The notes below the pieces were generated by a model. That model did not search any database and was not told the origin of the DNA. It saw nothing but the letters and a program-made list of their open reading frames with translations. DNA of 64,000 bases from assembly GCA_024137785.1 (NCBI GenBank), contig JAHRHZ010000026.1, positions 9,974,857 through 10,038,856 on the forward strand, given 5' to 3'. The stretch is from Ginglymostoma cirratum (Eukaryota). Shown here piece by piece: positions 26,671 to 38,270 of the stretch. Numbering within the stretch: the stretch's first letter is position 1; each line of letters starts with the position of its first letter. The translations under genes were made by a program, and so were the position numbers.

Positions 26671-28240
26671 GGTAGCTCTCGTGATGGATAAGGTAGGTGG
26701 TTGGTAGCACAAATCATGATTAAAAAGGTGGCTGCGATTGCAGATTGGTCCAGTTCAGCTTCAGAAAGTGGCTAGGCAGAGTAATGGAATTGGTGACACT
26801 GGAAGATGGAGACTGAACATTGTAGTGCGAATGCTCTGGCCTTCAGACATCAGCAAAATGGTTGACTCTTGTCTGTCTTCTGGGACCTCCTTGCAAGACA
26901 TTGAGTTTTCTGTAGCTGTTTGATACAGTAATGATACTGGACAGCTATTTTGCATTGGATTCGGATTCAAGAAGACATGGCCTGCTAACTCAATCTGTGG
27001 CAAAATTGGAATTGCCATCTCTCGGACTAGTCAAGCAGTAATCTGATACAGGCAAAGTTTTTAATGAGGATGCCTGTTACGCAGTGTTGCTGACTCTCCC
27101 ACCATTCGCTATTGTGTATCTCCTGTCCTGTTCACAGGGCCTTGGTACTAAGTGAGACTTTAATTTCTGTTGAAAAGAGTAGCTGTGTTGCACCACCACT
27201 TATCAAACTGGCTGAGTGCTGGAAGACATGGCTACCATACTGGGCTTGTGGCAGGTGGTCAGAGCAATAATTGCAGAGGGAGATAGTGCAGCTGGGCAAT
27301 AATCGCTGACCTTGCTAAAATATCTAAATCCAGCAAATGAATGAATGAATACAAATGGAACTTGAGAAGGGAGGTGTGTGTATGCCAAAATAAGAGAATT
27401 AATCCTTGGGCGGGCATACTGTAAAAATGGGGAAGATGATTCATTGCAGGAGGTTCTCTTGCTATGACTGGATAGATAAGAATGGACCCAGGAGGTGCCC
27501 TGTCCAGTTGAACAATGAAAATGGGGTAATGGAGGTTAGTGTGACAAACTGCCAGAAGTTGGAGGTACAGAAGGGTCTGGGTGAAGTGTGTGCGTAGTAA
27601 AGCACGATCAGAGGAAATCTTAATTGTGTTTAAATTAATAGTTAAGGGGGTCTTACTGAAGAGACTATTTGCAGAAGTTTGCTTTCCCCATGGCTGAAGC
27701 CCTAAAAATACCACTGTACAGAAGGTGAGAGTCCCTCCTGTTGAGAGGTGTGATCTGGCACTATGCTTTGCTCTCTCAAACCTCTGCTACTTCTCATCTC
27801 TGTCATATTCTCTCTGTGAGAGGGTTTTACATCCGCCTCTGTTGCATTCCCTTCTCTGGGGCCCAAATGCTTTTCTTAATGTACTAGAACGTGGTAAGGT
27901 GGTTGCCCTGTTCCATGACTAAACTAGAAGGTTTGCTGTTGAAAGCTGGTCAGTAGTGATTTTCTGCTGACTTTTTTGAGTCCTGTAATCTAGAGATCAA
28001 AATTCAGTGATATCCCACAGATTCTTGTTGCTGTTGGGCGCATGTCTCTAATTTGTTGTTTAAGGTATTTATTCCACAATTACAATTGATTTTGCAACTG
28101 ATGATGTGAAACAACTTGCTAAAATGACATACCTCACTAATGTTTACTCCTCAACCTGCTGACATAATTTTGGCTCCCAAATTCTGCTTTTCAACTGTAG
28201 GATTGAGATAATGAGTTGGCAGTACTGACCGTGTATTCAA

Positions 28241-28923
28241 TTTTGAATTACTCTGCAGATGTTTCCAAATGCTGTGTACTTAAATAGTTCAATGAATGTG
28301 TAATTCTTGTGTTCACCTGTGGACATGGGTGTTGCTGGCTGGGCCAGCATTTATTGTTGTTCTCAAGGGAAACTAGGGAAGATGGTGAGTTGCCACCTTG
28401 AACCACTCCAGGCCTGGTATTATAGGTAGACACAGTGCCATTAGAGAGGCAAACACAGGATTTTGACTTGGCGATAGTGAAGGAAAGGCAGTATTTTCAA
28501 GTCAGGGTAGTGAGTGGCTTGGAGGGGATCTTGCAAGTGGTGGTGTTCCCATATATGTACTGCCCTTGTCCTTCTAGATGGAAATGGTTGTGGGTTTGGA
28601 AGGTGCTGTCTGAGGATCTTTGAATTTCTGCAGTGCATCTTGTTGGTAGTGCACACTTGCAGCTGAGCATTGGTGAAGAGACTGGATGTGGAGGCAGTCA
28701 AGTGAGCTGGATGGTGCCTTGAGTGATGTTGGAGCTGCATTCATCGACTTTGGGGAGTCAGGTGAGTTACTCCCTGAATAATTCCTAGCCTCTGACCTGT
28801 TCTTGTAGCTACTGTATTTATAACATAAACTGAAGTTTTGAATTACTCTGTAGATGTTTGCAAATGCTGTGTATTTAAATAGCTCAGTGAATGTATAATT
28901 CTTGTGTTCACCTGTGGACATGG
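28241..28923 (+). repeat. 88-bp direct duplication (28241-28328 and 28836-28923)
   Basis: ttttgaattactctg...gttcacctgtggacatgg in both copies, 6 substitutions counted by eye. Confidence 0.92.
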
Positions 28924-29040
28924 ACACTTAGATTGACTGACTGTTACTGGAGATAGTCATTGCCTGACATTTGTGGTGTGAATGTTACTTGTCACTTTTC
29001 AGACCAAGGTGGAATATTGTCCAGGTCTTGTTGCATTACT
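28329..29040 (-). mobile_element. 3' part of a CR1/L2-group LINE (same family as 1-1800 and 53760-54290)
   Basis: gctgggccagcatttattg...caggattttgac...cttctagatgg is shared with 53840-54290, and 28970-29035 matches 235-300. Confidence 0.7.
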
Positions 29041-30238
29041 GGACACAGCTTATTTTTAACTATCTAACAGTTGATTGTAATTCGAGTTTTTCCAGAGCTG
29101 CAGCCTAAGCTTTCCAATGAAAATGGATTGTGTTACTGCTTGTAAGTTGTTTGCTATAATCCAGCCTGTTTCCCAGGTACAACAATACAAAGGGGAGGGG
29201 AATTTAAAGTTTGTGTTTGCACTGTTCTGAAGGGGAATTCACACACTCTTGAGATTTCTGTTACTGCCTTTGCTGAACTAAAACTCTCGATTGAAACATT
29301 GGTGCAGAGTTTTATTCGATTTTACCAGACTCTCACCCATTTTAGAATTTAAATACTTTTGGTGGAGAAGCTGAGCTTTTTGGTTTAGTATCCTCTGCCT
29401 CAGTAATGTTGCTGAATTTGCAAGTGAAGAAAAATGTCTAGTTGTGGGGAAAAATGGTTTTGTATGTTTGAGGTGAAAATTATTTGCTGACTGGTGATTA
29501 GCAGGTACAGCACTATTTAGCATTTGAAAATAGGTGTGACGTAACTATTGCTGAGAGCTTATACATAGGTGTTGGAGGTGTATCTTTTTCTTTGTTACTG
29601 CAGGGTCGTCATGCGTAAATATTTAACTTTGAGATTTATTATAAGAGTTTGTGTCCCATAATTACCATTGTTCTTCAGTGGCTTCTGTATACAGAAATAT
29701 GAGATTGGAGGTAATGTTTATTTTGCTGTACGTTGTGTTGTGCACATCCGGTTTGTTCAAATATTTCTTGTATCTCAACGTAGTGAGTGCTGGTGTTTTT
29801 GGCAGATATTTGAATAAATGGTCCATAACCTGAGGCTGGTTTTACAGGGAATTCCTCACTTTTGGGGCTATTTCAGTAGATGCAGTCTCTGGCTAGAGAG
29901 GACAAGCCAACCAAATCCTGATTTGTAGTCTGCTTAGTGTATGCATTGTATAGTTTCATAGTTGTCTATACATTGAGCTGGGTGCTTGGTTGTAAATTGA
30001 CTGTGCATTGATACTTAGTGGGGGCCTGCTTCCTGTTACTATTCTAGTGACTTTGTTCAGGGCCTCGCTTCCTGTTTGTATTTGGTTATGCTGCATCAGG
30101 GCCCAAGCATCCTGTTTGTGTTATGCCTTGATGGGGCCCTGGTATCCTGTTTTACTGAGCTTAGTATTTATTTTCTGTTATACAGTTTAGAAAAAAAAAT
30201 TCAGTATGTTACCTATAGTGCAAATAATTTTTGTTACA

Positions 30239-30317
30239 GAGATAACAAGGTATGGGGCTGGATGAACACAGCAAGCCGAGCAGGAAAGCTTGACGTTTCG
30301 GGCCTAGACCCTTCATC
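30239..30317 (-). mobile_element. Half-copy of hammerhead-bearing element, subfamily A
   Basis: gagataacaagg...gacgtttcgggcctagacccttcatc flanked by TSD tgttaca (30232-30238 and 30318-30324). Confidence 0.8.
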
Positions 30318-30859
30318 TGTTACATCTACTTCAATCCAAAAGCTGCTGCTTTCAGGATATTGAGCACCTTCCAGTTGAGAACTTAGTGTTGTGTCAAAGG
30401 CTGTTTTAATAATTTTATACATTCTCACACAAGGCTGCGAGCCACTGATCTGTTGGACTGTTACCGTTCTGCCCATAACGTTCCTTGCATCAATAATTTA
30501 AAATATCAACAATTCAAGCCCAGCAGTCGATTGAGGCATTAAACCCTTGTTTGGGATTTTGGGGACTAGTTGCAGAGATCCCTTCAGGTTTTGGGGCAAG
30601 TGATTATTTTTATGATTTGACCTGCAAACAGTAAATGTTCTGTTGATTTTGGGATAGGGTAGAAGAGAAGGAAACCATCTTCAACCATTTATAACATTAG
30701 AATACAGCTCTTCACTTCTAAATGATGACCAAAGAGTGCCACCCATTTTTCTTTGTCCTGGTCTCTTGCTCAGACACCAATCCATAGGCCAGAGTGATTC
30801 CTCAACCAAATAGTCTTTCTTTCTGTATTGGCTAGCTGTTTAACTGGACGGTGGACTTG

Positions 30860-31157
30860 GAGTCATACGGCACGTAAACAGGCTGTTCAGTCCAACTCGT
30901 CTTCGCCAACAAGATAACCTAAACTGATCTAGTCTCACTTGCCACCAATTGGCCTGTATCCCTTTTAAACCCTTCCTATTTATGTACCCTTCCAGATACC
31001 TTTCAAAAGTTGTAATTGTACGTGCTACCACCACCTCTGGCAGCTCGTTCCATATAATTATCATCTGTGTGAAGACGTTGCCCCTCTCACCTTAAACCTA
31101 TGCCCTTAAGTTTCACACTGCCCTACCTTAGCTATTCACCCTATCCATGTCTCTTAT
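30860..31157 (-). mobile_element. CR1 LINE 3' end
   Basis: ORF 30840..31064(-) contains WNELPEVVV.A.TITTF.R.L..Y.NRKG, the CR1 ORF2 C-terminus. Confidence 0.85.
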
Positions 31158-31405
31158 AAAGTGTTTGTGAGCAGTTCACCCTTAATACAAGCTGGTTGGG
31201 TAATCATTTGTCTGGATGGTTGAAGGATAATTCACTGTTAGCATCTATTTCCATTGTGTAAATTTATTGATAGTTTTAAAACCCACATCCACTCTCGTGG
31301 AATCAACTTTTTTTCAGGCAATGAGGATGTTGATGTGAATGAATTCTTATGCCTATGGCAATGGTTCAAGTTGATTGGGGTATAGAATAAACCAAGTATC
31401 GGCGA

Positions 31406-31733
31406 GGGGAAGGCAATGGCCTAGTGGTATTAATGCTGGTTTTTTGAACCCAGAGACCTAGGTTTTTTTTTTTTGGAATCCAGGTTCGAATCCCACACAG
31501 CAGATGGTGGAATTTGAATTCTAAATATCTGGAATTAAGAATCTAGTGATGACCATGAATCCATTGTTGATTATCGGAAAAACCCATCTGGTTCACTATG
31601 GTCCTTACCTGGTGTGGCCAGCATGTGACTTCAAATCCTCAGCAATGTGGTTGACTCTCAACTGCCCTCTGGGCAATAAATCCAGCCTGGCCAGCGATGC
31701 CCTCATCCTGTGTTTGAATAAAGAAAAAAAAAT
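31406..31733 (+). mobile_element. tRNA-derived SINE
   Basis: A box TGGCCTAGTGG (31417), B box GGTTCGAATCC (31483), A-rich tail; homologous to 34758-35136. Confidence 0.85.
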
Positions 31734-32200
31734 GTAGGTGTATGCTTTGATGAAGATGAAATCTTGGAATAATAGTTTTCACTCTTGTATTTAGCTGTCT
31801 GTAGTATAGATATTCTGTTTTTTCTAGGTTTCTATGATTAAAAACTGTTGAAACTGAAAATAAAGGGTCAAAACTTCAACCATTTCCATTGAATAAAAAT
31901 GACCTTTTACTCTGTACTTTAAACTTGGGTGTAGGTCATGAGAATTGATGAAAATGCTGATGTGAAAAAACTAACAGTTCCATTGGAGGGAAAACTGTTT
32001 AAATGCACAAGTCGGGGACATTGGAAATGTGGGCTAGTGTGTGAGTGAGAGGTTTTGAAGGACGATTCACACATTGTGGGATCAAGATTGCCAAACAGTC
32101 TTGGAGTGATTAGTGGTGAGGAAGGAAGTAGGTGTTAAAGGATGTTTTTGGGCTTCCTGCAGCGTTAATGATCTCTTTCTGCAGTAATTGACTCTGCTGC

Positions 32201-32213
32201 TGACCTCTGACCT
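32201..32213 (-). promoter_or_regulatory. Perfect DR1 nuclear-receptor element (AGGTCA-G-AGGTCA)
   Basis: tgacctctgacct read directly. Function is untested. Confidence 0.45.
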
Positions 32214-33854
32214 CCCGTGAACAGCAAGGCATGTGCCACTGTCGACTGTGCAAAAAGTATGGTTGCCGTGGCAATTTGCTGAGCCAATTCGATGTGTCAC
32301 CTTTGAAAATGCATTGTTTTCGTTTAGTAAGAGCATTACCATGTCTGCAAGTCTCGGACTGTAACCATCAAGGGCAATTAAGTGTAAATTTGTACTGATA
32401 TTTTACTGTTCATTTTTGGGAAAATCCAAAGTATGAATTGAATGTTTGTGTCAGCAGTTCACCCTTTACCCACCCATTATCTTTTGTCTGGATGGTTGTA
32501 GGCTAATTCACTGTTAGCATCCATTTCACTTGTGTAAATTTATTAATGACCATTTTAAAACATACTTCCACTCTGCTTGAAAAAAGTTGATTCCATTCAT
32601 GTGGATGTTGATGTGGTTTAACCAAATACCTTAATTTCTGTTTTGCAAAGTCTGTTACTTCCTATAATGGCTTTTAATCTGCTTCAAAATTGTTAAATTT
32701 GATTGAGAAGTTCCACAGGGTTCTTTTACTGAATTGGGGCCTTCTGAGTTCATTTTGCTCTGACCAAATGTTGTGCCAGTTCTGGTCAGCTGCTGCTCAG
32801 AATATGTGTGCAGTTGCTGTATAGAATTAGATTTCTGCTATTTAAATTAAATTGTAAATGCTTGTTGTGGGTGTAACCAATGGTTAGGGTCAAATGGTGA
32901 TAGATTTTTTTCAAAACCAATTTTGTCCCAGGCTTACAGTTCCTCTGAAGTGTTGGTGTTTGTTCTGTATTGAAATGGATGGTAGGAGAATTCCATTTTT
33001 AGGAAATATTGCTAATGTTTCTTTAAATCTGTGCAGTCTCAAGCCTATCAAAAGCAATTCTTTGAGCTGAGTGATAGGCTTTTACATTCTTGTAAATGGC
33101 TGCTGTCCTATCCACAGCCAGCAAGGTACATTGATGTATTCCTCCATGCAAATGGTTAGTGTTATTAAGCTGTGAATTTGAGAAAAGCTTGAAATAAAAG
33201 GGGTTCTGAGCTGATTAATAGTTGTGTTGTAATGAGTATGCAGCTCGTGAACAAACACTTGACGATTCACATCCACCCAGCTGGTGTTTTTGAAGAGGAT
33301 TTGTTTGAGAAATTGTTTATTACAGAGCTTGATTTCCACTATACTACTCTATAACCACTTTTTCCTGTGTTTTTGAGGATTTATACCACAGACGTTAATC
33401 AGTTGTGAATTACAAATCTTGTCTCCACATCATTTTGTTATGATATAAATTTGTTGCCTTGTGGAGAGGCAAAAAGAAATAGGAAGACTTACATTCTTGA
33501 ATGATGTGAGGTGGTGACACAAATGAAAGCTCTTCATCGTATTTTGAAACTTTCACTGTTAAATTGTGCTGTACCTACTTCAACTAATGTGCATTCAGTT
33601 AGATGTCTACAATTAAGTTTGAGTTGCTGTCCACTGTGGAACCTGTTCCATCCTTGTCTTTCCTTTATCTGCGCTTTAGCTACAACATGAGCCATTTGTC
33701 TACACATATGATCCTGAGGTGTTAGTATGTGCCTAGGGGGTTATATTTGGGCTTTCACTGAAACTTCCAGGTTTGTGCTCCCATGCTTGAATTTTAATTG
33801 ATTTCACAGCCTGGGTCTGCGTTACTTTGCCATGCTAATTCCTTCTGTTAAAAA

Positions 33855-34740
33855 TTGTTAGAACATAAGAACAGAAGCTACATGATTTAGTCCTTGAAAC
33901 CTGTTGTGCCATTAATTTTCATTTTTGGTTGTGTGCTTAACTCCATTTAATCATTGTTGCTCTTAACATCTTTGTACAATAAATTTTTTGTCAATCTGAC
34001 TTGAAAATTTGCTTCCACTGTGATTTGAGGAAGTGTTTTAGATTTAGCAACTTGATTAAATCATTCCTCAATCATTTATAAACTCTAAGGAAGACAGGCC
34101 AACTTGCTTTGGCACAGCTATATTGCATCTGCTCCAAGGCCAACGTGGCCTTCCTGAGGTGGAGGTTACTGTACTATTACTCCAGAAAGTCTGTATAAAA
34201 CTGAATTATAATTTCCTCTCTAAATGTCAAAATCTTAGTAATTATTTGAGTATTGTTTAAATTTGTCAATGGCCATTTCTGTGTCACCAGTTAAATCAAT
34301 TTGCTGCTTCACAGGTCTTTTACCAGAAAAGAGAGACCCCACGTGAACTCCATCTGCCATATTTTTGCCCACACGTTTAGCCTCTTTGTTCTGTAGTGAC
34401 CTTTTGCCTAACATTCCACAATTTGCATTGGGTCCCATCTTGGGGTTATCTTCAGATATGGATATATTATCCCTCCATCTGAGTCAGGTGAACATCAGAG
34501 GCGCCAGTAGAGATCTTCATGGTTGAGATTCCCCTCTTCCCCCTCGCAAATAATGCAGTGATATTCACAAGTTTCCATCCAATGGCATAATTCCTGAAAC
34601 AGAATTTTGGAAGAATTGTGTCCAACATATGCCATTTCCTCAGCAATTTCGACTCATTGAGTTGGAAACCATTGCGTATATGGATTGATCTGTCTTATTT
34701 TCTCAGTTACCATCTTTAAAATAAATTCTTGCAGAGTTCC
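33855..34740 (-). mobile_element. Old CR1 LINE fragment
   Basis: Begins with agaacataagaacagaag (antisense CR1 tail), followed by decayed CR1-like blocks. Confidence 0.5.
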
Positions 34741-34757
34741 TTTTTAGATTACATTGT

Positions 34758-35136
34758 GGGGAGGCAGGGGAATATTGATAGTGTCACAGGACTAGTAACC
34801 TAGAGACCCATACTGTGGCTTTGGGGTCATGAGTTTGAATCCCGCCACAGCAGGTGGTAAAATTTGCATTCAACAAAAATCTGGAATGCCTAATGGTCAC
34901 CATGTAATCATGTAGGTTGTTTAAATCCATTCTGATTTCCCAGTGTTCTTTCAGGAAGGTAATCTGTTGTTCCTTTCCTTACATGCTCTATATAAGACCC
35001 ACAGCACTATGGTTGATTCTTAACAGTCCTCTGAAATGGCCCCTGCAAGCTACTGATTTCAAGGGGCAAATCGGTATGGGCAGTAATGCTGGTAGAGTCA
35101 GTGGTGGCCACATTCCACGAACAAATAGTAAAGAAA
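34758..35136 (+). mobile_element. tRNA-derived SINE
   Basis: B box-like gagtttgaatccc; body homologous to the 31406 copy. Confidence 0.75.
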
Positions 35137-36029
35137 TATTCCCTTGTGCTGCTGGTAATTTGTCTTCTCTCTAGTGTGAAAATTTATACTTATCATTAAT
35201 TTGCCAAATGTGTCATTTTCTTATAATCAACTATCATCTTTTTCATAGCTGAGAACTGGCTGATCTTTGTCCAGCACTGCAAGGTATGTCCGTGCAGCAT
35301 TTGTTTGGATGTTCAGCCATTAAATAGTTTGAAGTTACATGAATTACTTTGCCTTACCCAATTAATCTTGGTTTGATATGTTGGCTGATACACAAACACA
35401 TTTAAATGCTAATTTCTGAAATCTCAAATCCATACTTTGGATAACGTGCCATTTAATTCAGAAATAGTGCTTTTGCCACTTGCACTACAGGCTTTGCCAG
35501 TGTGATAAATTGGAGTTTACAGGATCCTTTGACACTGGTGTATATGGTTTAAATGAATGATAAATTCATTAAATTCTGATGACTGTTGGTAAATCATTAA
35601 ACAATTAGAAGTTATTTGAAGTGTTTCGATTTTCAGTAATTGCTTCACTTATTGTCCTGTGAGAAATTGATTTCTGACTCTGCAGGCTGAAGTCTGTGTA
35701 TAGTGAATGTACTGCAGCCTTGGAAGGAACATGGATATCCAGTGGAATCTATAGGTTGAAAAACTTTAGCCAGCGCAAGTGAGTCTGAATTATAGACGTT
35801 ACAATTGTACTGTGATTTCAATCACCTCAATGTGTAGCTAAAGTCACTTCCAATGATAACTAGATAAGGACAGTAAATACCTTCACCAAAGGTAATCGTG
35901 GACCTGAAATATAAAATTTCCAAAAACAACTACCCTACTTACTCTGTATCATCTCTCCATATTCGTGTCCTCTTTGTGCATCACTTCGGGCTTCCCTGTA
36001 TTGAATCCTACATCATGATTACTTTATTA

Positions 36030-36281
36030 AAAACAGAGTTAACGCTTCGCGTCTGCTGACCCCTCCATCCGACAGAAAACAGGTACTTGATGGAAGGCAC
36101 AAAGATAATTCTCCTCATCGCTCGTTATTCTAAACTCGATAGAGCACTGAAGAAGAATGGAGCATTTCTGAAGAAGGATCTAGGCCCGAAACGTCAGATT
36201 TCCTGCTCCTGTGAAGCTGCTTGGCCTGCTGCGTTCCTTCAGTTCTGCACCTTGATATCTTGAAACATTAACTCTGCTTTC
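36030..36281. mobile_element. Subfamily B element with a subfamily A half-copy (36165-36260) nested in its hammerhead-like core
   Basis: Outer arms cagagttaacg / cattaactctg; inner tttctgaagaaggatctaggcccgaaacgtc...caccttgatatct. Confidence 0.7.
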
Positions 36282-37071
36282 AAGATGGCGCTGATAGTAT
36301 CCGTAGTCCGTTTTGTTAATACAAAACAGTCACAACACATGTCACTATGTGCTGATCAGTGGCTTTAATGTTATTCTACTGCTTTCCTGGAGGAGCTGCT
36401 ATTTTTGCTTAGATTGCAGCTGTCTTATACCTCACCATAATATCTAATATTAGAGTATAGGTGGCTGATTTTACTGGTTTGAGGATGACAGGACACCAGT
36501 GTCCTGGCTTACGGTGTGTGCAAGTGTGATTTCTAGTAGAGATACTGACCAATGATCAAACAGCCTGGTTTCTCCTTTCCTAGGAATATGAAACTGACTA
36601 TAGTGCCCCTGCCACATGTCACTCTGAAGGCATATTTTTAATCAACTTAGACTGTATAAAATGTTTTCAACCCATGAGCAACTGCAAGGTCTGTGTAAGG
36701 TACTTGTGTGGATTGTTGTTTTTACATTAGCAGAAGGAAATAGCTTGTAGTAATAGTACAGAAAGTGCCTCCATCTTCTATCTTGAGAGAAGTGAAATAT
36801 CCTGGCCTATCTTTCCTGTTAGGTATATTCTCACATTCGAAATTATTTTTGTATTTACTTCAGTGTCTCTATACTCTATAAATATAGTAATTCAGAACTG
36901 CAGAATATTCCAAATTTGATGTCACCAAGGTTTAATGTAAGATTAATGCAACTTCTAGAGGAATAGAATTGCAAAGTAGAGAAGTGTAACTTAACATTAT
37001 AAATAAACAATAGAGCACTCAACCTTGCTTTGAACCATCCAGCAAACCACCAAAACACAAGTCAATGCTAG

Positions 37072-37285
37072 AGATAGTAGGAACTGCAGATGCTGGAGAA
37101 TCTGAGATAACAAGGTATCGAGCTGGATGAACACAGCTGGCCAAGCAGCATCAGAGGAGCAGGAAAGCTGACGTTTCGGGCCTAGACCCTCCCTCAGAAA
37201 TGATTTCTGAAGAAGGGTCTAGGCCCGAAACGTTAGCTTTCCTGCTCCTCTGATGCTGCTTCGCCTGATACACCTTGTTTTCTCT
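37072..37285. mobile_element. Best-preserved palindromic hammerhead-bearing element, subfamily A, with 11-bp TSD
   Basis: ~37140-37200 is nearly the exact reverse complement of 37204-37265 around a tga loop. TSD gtcaatgctag at 37061-37071 and 37286-37296. Confidence 0.9.
37207..37236 (+). ncRNA. Putative minimal type I hammerhead ribozyme motif
   Basis: CTGAAGA (37207-13), extra A, stem II GGGT-CTAG-GCCC (37215-26), GAAA (37227-30), CGT-T giving palindromic ACGT and a GUH triplet. Stem I is very weak and activity is untested. Confidence 0.6.
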
Positions 37286-37389
37286 GTCAATGCTAGCCTG
37301 TCTGGGCTACCACTTTCTGTGGCGTCTCCTCAAACTTCTTGCGTTAATCAAATGGGGGTTGTTAAAATTATGAAAAATTGAGAAACAAA

Positions 37390-38270
37390 GACAATGTGTA
37401 TTTATATTGCGTCTTTCGAATAGTAAAATTTTAAATGTCTGGGCATTTCACAGACAATTAAAAACGAATGATGATGCCAGGCTACATAAGGGGATTTTAG
37501 GGTAAGTAAATAAAAGTTTAGTCAAAGGAGGGAAATGAGGTTGAGGGGTGGTGAAACTTGGGGAGAAAATTTCAGAGCTTATAAAGGTTTGAGCTCAAAG
37601 GAAGATTTTAGAGCTTATGAAGTCTTAAGCAACTCAGCTTGCCACTTTTGATGCAGTTAAATTCAGTTGCTTGAGAAGTCAGAATTGGAGGAACACTGAA
37701 AAATCAAAGACTAGCAGGTTAGAGGAGGAACCTGGCGATGGAGAGGGGTTGAGCCATGGAACCATTTTGAAAAATGGTATGAATTTTAAAATGTTTCTAA
37801 TGAAGTACAAGTGTAGGTCACCAAGCACTGGGTGAATGAACAAGACTGGTCTGAGTTAGGACATGGGCAGCAGAATTTTATATGGCATTTTTATAGCGTA
37901 GACTGTGGAGGCTGACCATAAATAAGTCAAGAGGCAAGAAAGACATGTATGAGGATTTCAGCTGATAAATTGAGGCAAGAGTTGAGCCCAGTGATGATGT
38001 GGAGGTGGAAATGGGCCATCTTAGTGATGATGGATGAATGAGGTCACAGGCTTATCTTGGTCAAGTGTGACACTAAGGTTGTGAACAACTCGGTTCAGTT
38101 TCAGACAGTTACCAGCGGAGAGATGCTTTTGGTGGCTAAAGGGTGGAGTTTGCGGTGATGCCCAAAGGCACTGGCTGTGGTTTCCCCTTATTCATATGGA
38201 AGACCTTTCACTTAGCTGTTAGTGGATGTTGGGCAAGCGGTTCAACAATTCAGACGGGAAGAGGTGAGAT
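37390..38270 (-). mobile_element. Very old L2-like LINE remnant
   Basis: Purine-rich antisense L2-like sequence starting tttatattgcgtcttt, with gtgacactaaggttgtgaac and agtggatgttgggcaagc blocks. Confidence 0.45.

Larger units (their letters stand above)
31162..32615 (+). repeat. ~175-bp diverged direct duplication (31162-31337 and 32443-32615) with two internal micro-inversions
   Basis: Shared tttgtctggatggttg, taattcactgttagcatc, tgtgtaaatttatt and ggatgttgatgtg. Confidence 0.9.

Noticed and set aside
32173-32332. Poison exon using the acceptor-like ctctttctgcag at 32184
   Set aside because: Only a weak downstream donor (tta|gtaaga) is visible; not supportable without RNA data.
36281-36292. 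Strong YY1 motif CAAGATGGCG
   Set aside because: Single site at the edge of a repeat with no supporting context.
37136-37267. pre-miRNA or terminator hairpin
   Set aside because: The hairpin is explained by a multi-copy TSD-flanked element. Nothing in the sequence supports miRNA processing.
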